A stretch of DNA of 54,400 nucleotides, the filler included, from Dirinaria sp. TL-2023a (lineage: Eukaryota): NCBI GenBank assembly GCA_051941275.1. It is 4 parts of 4 records of this genome, joined end to end, with 100 filler letters (N's around TTAATTAATTAA, not from the genome) between each part and the next. Parts side by side here need not be neighbours in the genome. Positions count along the whole stretch, not along the records: positions 27,268 to 40,785 come from JAVEBF010000676.1; positions 40,886 to 54,400 come from JAVEBF010000677.1; 2 more parts are not named here. One strand, 5' to 3'. The translations under genes were made by a program, and so were the position numbers. Below are positions 35,724-47,237 of the stretch, piece by piece; the stretch's first letter is position 1; every line of letters begins with the position of its first letter. Below the pieces are notes generated by a model. It worked only from the letters and a program-made list of their open reading frames with translations, ran no database searches and was not told the origin of the DNA.

Positions 35724-37297
35724 TTAGACTTTCAGTGCGAATTGCTTCAGGTACTCGTAATCCTCTATACTTGCATTGACCGTGGCCCTTATGACTTTAG
35801 CCCCCTCCTCCCCATATTTCTCGGTCCATTCTCGGTCTTCATCCTCGACGCTCTTTATCGTTTTCCCCTTACAATTACATGTGTTAGCCACCCGAAAACG
35901 ACCGTCCAAAACACTTCATCCCTAGAAACTTACATGCAACCTTGGTTTGAGACCCGAGCTCTCTATTGCGTCCTCATGGAAGCCCTTCCATTTCTCAAAG
36001 GCCTCTTTGGCTCGCTTGTGGTCTTCTTCGCTGTCCCACACAAGCATCTTCTCGTCGTACTCCAGACCCACACTTTGACAAAAGACTTCCATAACACCCG
36101 CGGGATTGTCAAGTAGGTCGTCCGCATCAACGACGCATATGTCTACCCTGCTCTCGTTCTTGTGAGGCACAACGTTGTCGTTCGTTGCACGAGCGTGGAT
36201 TTGAGGATCATATAAGTCTTGGCCACTCACTTTCGGCCCGATTTGCCCAGTTGTGCGGAGGTAATCGAAGACTCGGCGCAGCTCATCGTAGCCAGCTTCC
36301 GATGGCCTGAAATCGTAGAAACCGGTAACTGCGTCTAGAGGGGGGACAGTACAGCGGTAGTAGGACGGAACACTTAAGCGCGGATGACGGATTAGGAATG
36401 TAAAATGAAACCGCTTTAGTATTTCCTCGGGGATGACGGTTGGGTTGTTGACCTCAGCCGCTGTGTGGTACGGGTATGGCGTCTCGTGGACACCATTCGC
36501 ACCATACTTGGAAGGCTTTGAGGTCCCTATTCCCCGTTCAATCCTGGCCAAACTCGGAGCAATAGATGCAGGCTTTCCATCCGGAGGCAGGAGATAATGG
36601 GCCATGTCCTTGATGAATAGGCGCTTGCCCTGCTGGAGGGTAAGTAGTCTGGAAACGGAACGACTAGCAAATATTTGAAGATTGAAGAAGGCTCTGTGCA
36701 TCTAGAATGCCATATCGAAATGGATGTGAGCCAAGTGTTGTGTGGCCACGCACAAATCGTCAGTGGATTCTCAGCCATAGCAGATGCATGTGAGGCAAAA
36801 GAAGATCAACACTTTTGAGAATTGCAAGCCTTGTACGGAAAGAGTACCTGGACATACAACTTCAACTTGTCTCGTAAGCAGATGCGGGGAAGGCGATGGT
36901 CCACTCAAGACTGAGGTTATGATATAGGAAGTGGGTGTGCAGCTATGAATTGAGAACTCGGGAAAAGGAACGTCTTTGCAAGGCTAGCACTGGGAGGGAT
37001 GATTCGGACCTCTGCGCTTTCTTTCTCAAACCTCTCGATAGTCGTCTGAAACGTGGATTCGCTAAAGCCGCTGTCAATACGAATCTGTTCGTCGTTCTCG
37101 AATCTCGAGCCAAGTCGCTCAGGACCGTAATAGAATGCATCGCCGAAGGGTTCATGGATGCATCGAAGGCGGGTCATAAACGCCTGTGGAAGCCCATTAG
37201 CTTAGCACCAAAGAACGGGACCTGGCTGGCTTGCCCTTTCGAATGCAGTAGAGCAAGATCGTGGGTGGGTGGCGACGAAAATCGGTTTATTGGACAT
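35724..37297 (-). CDS. Sulfotransferase-like P-loop protein (HPRxCSTAFER family)
   Basis: MSNKPIFVATHPRSCSTAFER|AFMT..HEPFGDAFY, FIKDMAHY, FTFLIRHP, VVDADDLLDNP and WKGFHEDAI. Introns at 37184-37234 (GC-AG), 36630-37009 and 35868-35933. Confidence 0.85.
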
Positions 37298-38443
37298 CTT
37301 CCTCTTGTGACTGAGGATGATGAGTGGTAGCAGTTACACGTCCTAGACCTAGACGGACCAGTTGGTAGAAGGGTATCACAAATTATAGATATATAATTCA
37401 CAGCTGTTTCTATGATTTCAGAGCACGCAATTTGGAAGCGGAGTTGCTCGTAATTCGACCTGGGAGCGAAAGGCTCCTTCTTATATGATTCTGATGCTAA
37501 TACCAGATTTCAACGAGTCGACCGCAGATAGGGAACATGGGAGACAGACGCGGTTGCCGATTGGATTTTTGTTCCGGGCGGCGCTCGCCATTGTAAAAAA
37601 AATGACGTTGCGGAATGGATCTGTTGAAGCGATCACCAAATTGAGGCATGGTACCCCAGCCAGTACAAGCTCTTGTGACTGCCGGCCGCGAACGTCAAAA
37701 TGTACTTGCAGGGAGTGAACGACGATCCTTGCGCCACTTAAAGGGCTGAGTATGGGTGGCGAAGGGAGAGCAATAAGATTTTTTTATTGACCTCGACCTT
37801 TTTGATGGGCCTCTTGAGGGCAACACTGGAAGTCCTGCATATCATATTGCTTGCAAAATCGCTCTACTGAAAGCTCACCCAGTTCTAACCAAGTGTGCAA
37901 AGGCTGATTGGATGCTATACACAATTTACTCAACCTTCCGGAGTCACTACTGTCACACGTACGTCTAGCAAATTCATGGCTCCAAGGCATTCATTGATAG
38001 GTCTCCAAGTGTCGTCGATGGGATGCTCTGCTTTATCTGCGGCGAAATCCCTTCGACAAAGCCGATCTCAAGCCATAAATCAGTAGCACACGAACATACT
38101 TCAGGGGAGGGTAGCAGCGATGAGCGTACTTTAGCCATCTAATCTGATAGCGATACGACATTCTCTTACTGCCTAATAGCCGAGTACTCCAGTGGTCACT
38201 ATGTCAACTGATAGAGAAGAGCAGAGCCAATGCCGCTGATCTGTCCAAAGAAGTTCTCGAGGTTATCTATCAGCCAGAAGTGCGATTGTTGCAGTCAGTG
38301 TAGGAAGTCGTAAGGTAGAGAGAATATACATCCCTAGCGCTATGGCGGAGACTTGGAGTTAAAGCATTTATGTTACACAGAGCATTATCAAGCTAATACC
38401 AGCATGGTAGAACGTGATGTCGGCAGCGACAAGCAAGTGGTGC

Positions 38444-38532
38444 TAAGGTAAAGTGCCTTGCCTACGGGCCTACCTACAGGTAGGTAAGGTAAGGTACATA
38501 AGGTACCTTACGGAGTACCTACCTAAGGTAGG
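38444..38532. promoter_or_regulatory. Dense cluster of TAAGGTA/TAGGTA motifs in a divergent promoter
   Basis: TAAGGTA at 38444, 38485, 38490, 38499 and 38524, plus the palindrome TAAGGTACCTTA at 38499-38510. Function is inferred. Confidence 0.45.
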
Positions 38533-38688
38533 ACGACATATATTTAGGTTTCATGTAGGGCTTGATCTAGCGTGGTTGCTAGGTAGGATGGACAAGCACG
38601 TAAACATTGTCTCAGTTTGCTCGCTCTAAACAGCACAATGAGCTACTTTCTTCGTCAATAGTCGCGCGATCATGATATATCTGCACAT

Positions 38689-40499
38689 ATGATAGACGGA
38701 CTCGTGATGGAACCAGTCTTCAAAGTTCCTGCCTCTCCAGGCACACCACTCTTCCCTGTGTCACCAGAACGCGCAAACAGACAGCCTATACCACAGTCTC
38801 CTTCGCTACCTTCAAACCTCGAGGACCCTTTCATCAGTAATCACACTAGGGTGCCATCAGATGTTCAAGGCAAAGTCGCTCAATTTAACAATCTGAGCAA
38901 AGAAACCGCACAGCGCCGACGCGACAATGAGGCTGCCCTCAAGCGAGCCGTTCTCGGACGGGAGGAAGCAGAAGGTGAGACGCGAAGATTGAAAGAGGAG
39001 CACCGAGTCCTGAGAAAGGAGATCGAAGAGGGCCGTGGAAGAGAACGGAGGGTGGGTGAGAGGCTTGAGGCATTGATGGTGAGTTTGGCGGGTTCACTGT
39101 ACTATTGCATGCCTAAGCACGATTGTAGGAAGAGCTGCAGCGGACGAAAGAAACCCATGCGCATTCTCAAACACTGTATGAGAAGGAAGTCCGAAGAGCT
39201 AGGAAAGAAGCATTCAAGTCGTCAAGCGCGCTTGTCAAGCTGCAAGAAGAGTTGAAAACGGCGAGGAACAAGTTTACTCTCATGAGAGAAGAAGCCGAAG
39301 CTCAACGTAGGAAGGTGGAAACCCGGGAGCAGGAGACTTTCGCTGCCCAGTATCAGAGCGCTGGCCTCCAGGAAGAGCTTGAGATCATCAAACGACAGCT
39401 GAAGACGACCGAAGATGAACGAGACGCGGCCAAGAATGGTTGGAAAGAAGAAGAGGCTGCTCGAATCGCCGCAGAGGGAAGGATTCCTCTGCCTGCCTCT
39501 CCAGAGAAAGACGGTCTCTCCTCCCCCAAGAAGATCAGTGTGCGAAAATCTCGAGAAAGCCTCAAAGAGAATCTCGACCCTCTGGATCTTATGGATCTGA
39601 TGGAACCAGAAGAAACCGAAGAAGACGAGCTTCGGGCAGACTTGGCGTGGGAAAGGAAACTGAGGCGGCGATTAGAAGGCCAGGTCCACTTCATGCTTAT
39701 GGAATGTCAATTCAAGCGCTGTTCGTGCCGGATCGCGGAAGAGAAGGGGGTGGACTTCGTGCACGACGGCCGCTTCAATGAAGCGATCGCTGCCAAAAAG
39801 GCAGCCCTTGAAGCTTCTAAAGCGAAGCGTGCACTGGAACACAATACTGTCGACACCGAGAATATGGATCCTGAAGCACCACAGATCGACTCGCCAACGT
39901 CGAAACCAGAGACCATACAAGCCTCGCCTGCTCAGTCGCCTCCTTCGCCCAGGCAGAGTGTCCCAACGGACAACGATCCGCCGGCACAAGCTGATCCTGA
40001 TCCCGAACCAGAGCAGCCATCAGATACTCTAGTCCGATTCTCGCCCACATCCGGCACATTCTCGACGGTGCAAGCACCTATCCCGCCGTCTCCGTCCGTA
40101 GAAGCCTCACCGAACAATCTAATTCCCCAAACACCAACGGCGCTGCTCCGCTTTTCTCCACAATTACCTCTCGTCGTCCCTCTGAATAACGAACATCAAA
40201 CTTCTTCCTCGGAAGAATCTTCCCACGACCCGACAACCCCGCGGCCACTACTACCCGTCCCGCCCACAATGAACTCCACGTTCATGAGCCGGACTACTAC
40301 GACTACAGTGCCACTGGCAGCGATCCCCCCGAGCCCGTTCACGCCCAACCCAACCATGTCCCGCGAAGAAGCGTTGGAGCAGATCCGGCAGCGGAGAGGC
40401 AGGGCCAGGAGTATTGCCGCGGGTCATGGGACGCCGAGGAAGCAGATGATCGATCTGAGTAGCTTGCGAAGGGATATCAGTGCGCCGGCCGGTCGGTAG
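38689..40499 (+). CDS. Conserved hypothetical coiled-coil protein with a Pro-rich C-terminus
   Basis: An intron at 39079-39128 joins the two ORFs. Features are a long coiled coil, MECQFKRCSCR and MSREEALEQIRQRRGRARS. The start could be 38707. Confidence 0.8.
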
Positions 40500-40785
40500 G
40501 TAGGAGTATTGTATAGAAGGAATCACTCAAGCTTGAAACTTGGGTTGCATACCTTAGGCTCGGAAAGTTGTGTTGTTATTGTTAATTCGCAGCCTAAGAA
40601 TCGAATCCTTTTTTTGGGGGTGTGTATCAAAAAAGAGATTCATCTCTTATTGCAGTGGCATTATTATAGCTCCACCATTTATGCAAATTCAGCCTGCTTT
40701 TAACAATTATATATAAACACCCCCCAAAAGAATTTAGAAATCCCAATATACGGTTTCTATTCCCTACATATGAACAGGTTGGGAG

Positions 40786-40885
40786 NNNNNNNNNNNNNNN
40801 NNNNNNNNNNNNNNNNNNNNNNNNNNNNNTTAATTAATTAANNNNNNNNNNNNNNNNNNNNNNNNNNNNNNNNNNNNNNNNNNNN
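40786..40885. other. Artificial contig spacer
   Basis: 44 N + TTAATTAATTAA + 44 N. Confidence 0.99.
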
Positions 40886-42126
40886 CCTCCGCCGCCATCC
40901 CAAACCCGTCACATCCTTCAAATCCCCGCACCGCGCTCCGGGGGTCTGGGTACCCATTGACTTTCACCGGCCGGCCGCGGCGCCGTATCCAGACTGGGAC
41001 ATCGAGACGACGGAGCCGATCCCCTACCGCCCCTTCCGGCACGGGCCGTACTACATCACGATGGGCCTGCGCAGCATGGAGTGGGACGAGTGGATCGAGC
41101 TGGACAACCGGTTCATGGAGTTCCACGCGATCAAGAAGGCGCGGATCGAGGAGCGCGGGGAGCTGTGCTGCCGCACGGCGCCCGAGGCGTATGAGGCTGC
41201 GGTGGAGCTTTTGGAGGAGTTGTATGATTATTTTCCCCCCCTTTCTCTTGGGCTATCGCGTAGAGGCTTCCGGTCTTCTTCTTCGTTTTAAGACATCGCA
41301 GCTGATATTTGGATGGTTGATATACAGAGCGGATTACCTCCCCCAACGCTACCCGACGCTCTATACCCGCACCGCGACCCACCTGACGAATCTCCACACC
41401 AAGGAAACCTTCACACTCACCGCCCCTCTTCCTGAAGATCCCATGCGCACCATTGGTCTCCTCGTGCAGGATGACATCGCCATCATGCTCGAGCGCCCAG
41501 ATGGCCAGTACTATCTCCTTGCTGGGTCGATTCTGCTGGCCGGGTTCTGGCGGCTCAGGGACAAGTTCGGCATGCCGCTGTCCGAGATCCATACCTCGGG
41601 CGACGTCCCGGGCTTCAAGGAGAAGCTGGAAAAAGGAATGATGAATTTCTTCCGGAGGATCCAGCCCGCTCAGCCGGTGTTGCGGAACAATTACTTCCTC
41701 CAGGTCGACGATGAGCTTGCGTGGAGTAACTCCATCGGGTCGGAAGATTTCGATGCGAAGGATGTCGGTGGGCAGAAGCAGGTCGAGGGATGGAGCTCGG
41801 CGGAAAAGAATAAAGCGATCGAGCACCATTTCTTCCGATCCGAGAGACAGTCGTTGAGGCGATTGCCGAAGAGTGGTGGCGTGGTGTTTACGATTCGGAC
41901 GTATTTCGAACCGGTGACGAAGATTGCAAAGGAGAAAGGTGTGCCGGGGAGGCTAGCGAATGGAGTCAGGAGCTGGGGAGAGGATACTGCGCGGTACAAG
42001 GGCAGGGATCGGTACGAGGCCGTGTTGCTAGAGTATCTCGATCGGTGCCATAGGGAGCAGGTTGAGAGAGGAGAAGTCAGTGAGGAGGTCTGGGTGGAAG
42101 AGCAGAGTGGAAAGTATCCATTTTGA
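40886..42126 (+). CDS. HRQ/DUF3445 family protein (heme-dependent oxidative N-demethylase alpha subunit-like), 5'-truncated
   Basis: PIPYRPFRHG..ITMGLR..WIELD, LVQDDIAIM, GFWRLRDKFG..IH, RNNY, FRSERQSLRRLP and FTIRTY. Intron at 41222-41327. Confidence 0.88.
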
Positions 42127-42411
42127 TACCTGACTCCTGCTTATTACCGTGGGTCGCTGCAAAGCTGGAATAGTTGCATAGGATCCCTTGTTGTGGTGAT
42201 AGCAACGTCTCTGCTGCTGTAAGTGCTCAAGTCAACTCGCCAAACGAACGGCATTGCTTGCACGAAATCTAGTGCTAGCGTTGTTAATTGAATTGCTCGG
42301 CCGCGAAAGATCTGAACACATACACATTTCGAAAGGAAACCGTTTCCCTGAATTTACAGCATTTGCCTGCTTTTCCGCCACGCTGGTCTGCGGATTAAGA
42401 AAAGTAAAACA

Positions 42412-43777
42412 TCAGGCGCTAGCGGTGTTGAACCACGGGTGCTGCAGCACCGCAACTGCCGCAAGCCTGGAAGCAGACTCGAATCGTACGAGCTGGCTCA
42501 CCAGGTCTCTAGCCTCGTCAGAAGCGTCCGGTAGAAGCTGTGCCCACGGCTTGGCGTCATACTGCTTGAATCCGAATTTGCCCCAGGCGTCGTAATTGCG
42601 AGCCTCCTATAGTTCCTAGTTAGCAAGACTTTTTATGAGTTGCAATTTACTCACGGGCCATGTCTCATTGTTAGGTGTCCCAAGCGTGGTAAAATGACTG
42701 TGGATCAATGCTAGCTCACTGCCCATATCTCCACAGTTGAACAGCTCCCCCGTGCCTAGCACCTCCGCAACCACACAGCCAGCGGCCCACAGATCTAAGG
42801 CGCAGCCATAAGCTTTGTAGCCGAACAGTAATTCTGGCGGACGGTAGCAAGTCGTACCCACATCGGTAATCTTCTCGTTGGGTGGTTCGGATGCTGGATC
42901 ACCAGCCATCCAGGAGATACCAAAGTCAGCTAGATAGGCTGGACCAGCTGGTGATGCTAGAAGAATATTCGATGGCTTGATGTCGCGATGAATAATGCCT
43001 TGAGCATGGACATGGGCCAGAGCGGAGAAAAGCGACTTCAAATGAGAGCGCGCCTGGTTCTTGAAGATAACGTTCTTCCTGACGGAAAGTGGAGCGCTAT
43101 CGAGCAGGGTACCGAGGTCATGAGATAGAAAAGGGAAGACGAGGACAAAATGCGCGCCCGGAAGTGAGAATGTTGATATCAGACGCACCACCGATACGTG
43201 GGTTCCCGCAGCCAGAATTCGAGCTTCACGACGAGGGTCATGCGGTGGCTGAGCTTGGGAAGGTTTGGTGAGCTTCAAAGCGATGACTGAGTTTGTACTT
43301 GGATCATGAGCTTTGTAGACAGTCGAGAAGATACCCGAGGCGTGGTACGTTGCCTGATACACGCCAATCTGCTCGGTTGGATGAGAGGAATAACCTTGAG
43401 TATGTGGCAGATAGGCTTCGGGCGGAACATTTGGGGTCACAGGAATGATGGCTCCTAGTTTTGCTTCTAGCTCTTGGTCGTAATCTTCCTGGAACGTATT
43501 CAGCTAGAATTAAAGGAAGTGAATTGTTTGAAGCTGAAAGGATCTACCTCTGAGTTGGCATTGTTGTAGACTTGGAGCTCGAAGCGTAGAGCTTCGGCTC
43601 GGGCCTTAGCTAGATCCCCAACTTGATAGGTATTGTTAAGAAGCTCAGTGCTGAAACATATGAGTAACTTCAATTTCCTTGAACAAAGCCGGGGCTGGTG
43701 GATGCTTGCATTTGATTGATTCTATCAACGCGGTCTGCGAAGCTTATCTGCCCTCTCCAAGAGGCTCCGTCAGACAT
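42412..43777 (-). CDS. CAK1: CDK-activating kinase (Cak1/Csk1-like) with an N-terminal KIX-like extension
   Basis: Degenerate Gly loop (HASGIFSTVYK), PPHD..RE, HRDIKPSNILL, DFG and DVGTTCYRPPELLFG. Introns at 43651-43709 (GC-AG), 43489-43547 and 42607-42654. Confidence 0.8.
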
Positions 43778-44324
43778 TTAACGATCGAGAATAAAGGTAC
43801 TATATATGGTATGACGGGTCCGATCACTGTAAGGATAAATTGATTTGGAAAGAGACTGAGAGAGTCAATGCATGCTATTTGATGTCAACGCTTTGAACTT
43901 AAGATATTATGAAATGCTTGATGAATTAGGAGGGAAAAATTCTGTGAATCTCATATTATCATGTTTGGACAAGGCTGAATATCAGTTCATAGTATATAGT
44001 ATGGTACTAACACTAAGACACTACGATAGCTCTATTATACAAGTACGTTTTGTCTTGAGACTATCAGGATGCAAAACATGCGAGTTCACCCATGGCTCAC
44101 CAGAAGATGTGGCATCAGGGATTCTATCCGAGATTCAGCCATGGATGATGGATGCATCTAAACTCCATGGGGCAACGCTTCAACCCACCTTTTACGCCTC
44201 TCTAATCCATGCAAGCTTCCTGCACGATGGAGATGGTGATGTCTATAGGTGGCCTGAGCATGATGTGTAGTCACGATATATTCTTAGCTTCACCGCTTGC
44301 TGTTTGCGACTGTATATAATCAAA

Positions 44325-47237
44325 ATGGATCTCTCACGGCAGGAGTATCCGGCACTGCTTGTGAGTTACTTGACCAATCTAGCGATACTTTGCTGACCTT
44401 GCCGAAAGCGTGAGCTCCAACCTTCTCAGGCTGTCGCAGTCCTCGAAGACCGTGTCAAATTGATTGGCAAGGTCAACAATGACATTGCCGACTTTCTCAC
44501 CGTATTGCCAGACCTATATTGCACACATGGAAAGTGACTGACGAGTGTCGCAGGAGCGGCGGAAAGTGGAAGAAGCCTATGCGACTGGACTGAGAAAGCT
44601 TGCGGGCAGGAATCCTCTTCAAGGATCTTCCGAGCTTGGGTATGAAATTCAAAGCTGCTTTTCGGCGGGAGAGGCTGATGATTAGCAAAAGCATTTTCCA
44701 AACACCATGGCAGAGCATCATAAGTTCCACAGAAGCAGTCTCACAATCGCATCAAATACTCGCGCAGAAGATCGAAACAGACGTGGAGCGACCACTGCGG
44801 GAATACCACACGAAGAATAGAGAAATGCAGGCCATCAGTACCATACAGGGCAATCTGGCCGCAATAGCGCGCGATGTGGATTCAGCTCGGAAGAAGGCTG
44901 ATAGAGCCCAAGGCGGGAAAACTTCTGCTAACAAATCCGCCAACGCTGCTTCTGACGTGGAACATGCGAATCAGCAATGGGACTCGCAGGCGCCTTATGT
45001 CTTCGAGCAGTTACAGGCGCTTGACGAAAGCCGAGTCGACCACCTGCGTAACGTACTCACTCAATTCCAGACCCACGAGGCCGAACTGGTGAGTCGCAAC
45101 CAGGTGTCTACGGAGAGCTGTCTCAATGCCATACTGAATGTCAACACCGCCGATGAGATATCGACGTTTGTTGCACGGAGGGCAGCGGGCGCGCCAACGA
45201 TGCTCCCTCGGCCAAAGAGCCGCAGTGCGTCAGGCCAACCTCCCCCCGCCCAATCTACGCCGCCAATACCCCGGCGAGGAGGTTCTTCCAACGAGCGCAG
45301 TTCTGCTACAGATGCCTCGGGAAGCGCTGCTAGGGCGAGGTCAAGTTCCGGTCCTGGAACTGAAGCTCCACTGCCAGAGACGCCACGACGTCCGAGCGGA
45401 TTTGCTGGGTTAAAGCGTTTGGGGACCGTGATAGGGCGCAGGAAAGATAAGAAGGGCGAGCGCCCACCGTCCCCAGAAAAACGAACAAGGTCAAATCTGA
45501 ATCCATTAAGAAGAGGACAGAGCTCGAAAGACATGCAAGCGATACCATCTCCAGATACATCTACACTGAATCTTCCCTCTGTATCACCGCGCCAAGAACC
45601 TCCAATGCCACAAACCACTGCAGTGTCAACATCTCAGGAACCCCCTCGCTCGCCTACTGAACAACGTCGCATGAACGACCAGTTGAATGGCGATACCATC
45701 TCTCCTGCTCCTAGGCGGACCTCAAGTCTACCTCGTACCAACGGGGTACCGAACAACCGAGAACTATCTGAATCGGACGAAATACCACCCGTTCCTTCGC
45801 TTCCAAAACCAGCAGAGGTTAGTGCGGGTTTACAGTCGGATAGTTTTAATTCTGACGTAAACAGGAGAAACGCGATAGCGACGGGTTTAACGTTCAGCCA
45901 TCAGCTACCGATCCCATCACCCGTGCCCAGCAAGAGGCTACTACCATCAGGTACGTAATTCAACGTGGAACGGCTTGTATTCATGGCCTGAGTTAACCTA
46001 TTATGCCAGTGACAACGACGCCCCCCAATTTAAGCTTGACATACGAGACGAGCCTATACGGGAGGAAGGTGATGCGTTATCTGCTATGTCTAATGTCGCA
46101 AATACCCTCAGAGCAGTAAGTACCACTTTGTATTTATACCTGAACCCCCATGATAACACTTAGCAGCAAGGAGTTACGCCGCGTAAAGTAAGTGGAAATC
46201 GAGGTCGACGAGATGTCCGAAACACCATCTTCGTCCCCACACCTCAAGCTTCTGAAGCTGGAGGGGGAGGAGAATCCTCAATTTCCATACCTTCGCCCTT
46301 TGCACCCAGATCGGGACCTCTATCTACAGAGGCTCCTCACTCGTCAGATGCGCACTCGATTCGATCGGCTCATTCTCTCAGTAGCCTGATGCCTGTGGGA
46401 ATGAAACACCCCGAGATGAGTCAGCTCGGTCTCAATGCATCCATTGTCGAGACTGTTAGTGCTTGGTTTTCAGACGGCCAAGTAACAAAAGCGGTCGTCA
46501 TCGGTGAGCTGGCTTTAGTGTATAATGTCGGCGAAACTGCACCAGCGACAGAATCAGAGAGCATCAGACTTGAAAATTTTCCTGTCCTCGAAAAGGTTGC
46601 TCCAAATCCCAGTTTCGTTAACCAGGCGCCTTCGAGATCTGGCGAGTACAGCATCAATTTATCCCAGATACCTCGGACTTCAGTGGCGTTCAAATATCAA
46701 GTACACCTAGAGGAGGCGACATTGAACAGCCATGCCCCGGTCACACTCTCTCCGGGCTGGAAAGTCGAGCCAACGCAGACCTCGGTGATACTCAATTACA
46801 GCTTCAACCCGTCATTCGCGTCAGCTTCTGGAAGAAGTGTCTCATTGAAGAACGTCGTGATATTGATCAACGTGGAGGATACCAAGGCACAGAGCTGCAT
46901 GTCGAAGCCACGGGGTGCCTTTTACAAAGAGAAATCCATGATTGTTTGGAGAGTGGGCGACATCACCCTGGATGGCTACGCAGCAGGCCCACAGAAACTG
47001 ATTGCCCGCTTCAGCACCGACTCCGAGGCCAAACCTGGCACCGTTGAGATGCGGTGGGAAATCGACGGCGACGCTGCGTCGGGACTGGGAAGTGGTCTTG
47101 GTCTGAGCCAGAACGCCAGAGAAGAAGGTGGCTCCGACCCTTTTGCGGACGAGGGCAATGCCTTGTCAGCGACCATGTCATGGAAAGAAGTGCCAGTGAC
47201 GAGGAAGATCACCAGTGGAAAGTACATAGCCGTCTAA
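44325..47237 (+). CDS. SYP1: Muniscin endocytic adaptor (FCH/F-BAR plus mu-homology domain), multi-exon
   Basis: MDLSRQEYPALL, ERRKVEEAY..GLRKL, WDSQAPYVFEQLQALDE, and a C-terminal MHD (GLNASIVETVSAWF, LENFPVLEKVAPN) ending SGKY. Confidence 0.88.

Noticed and set aside
36630..37009. TPP riboswitch in the long intron (GCTGAGA seen)
   Set aside because: The downstream aptamer core (ATACC...CTGAT..GGATAAT.CC.GCG) is absent.
41131..41829. 232-aa antisense ORF and similar overlapping ORFs in MET5, GH51 and SYP1
   Set aside because: These are shadow ORFs of codon-biased genes.
43872..44270. 132-aa ORF between CAK1 and SYP1
   Set aside because: It is AT-rich, has no motifs and lies in a divergent promoter, so it cannot be supported as a gene.
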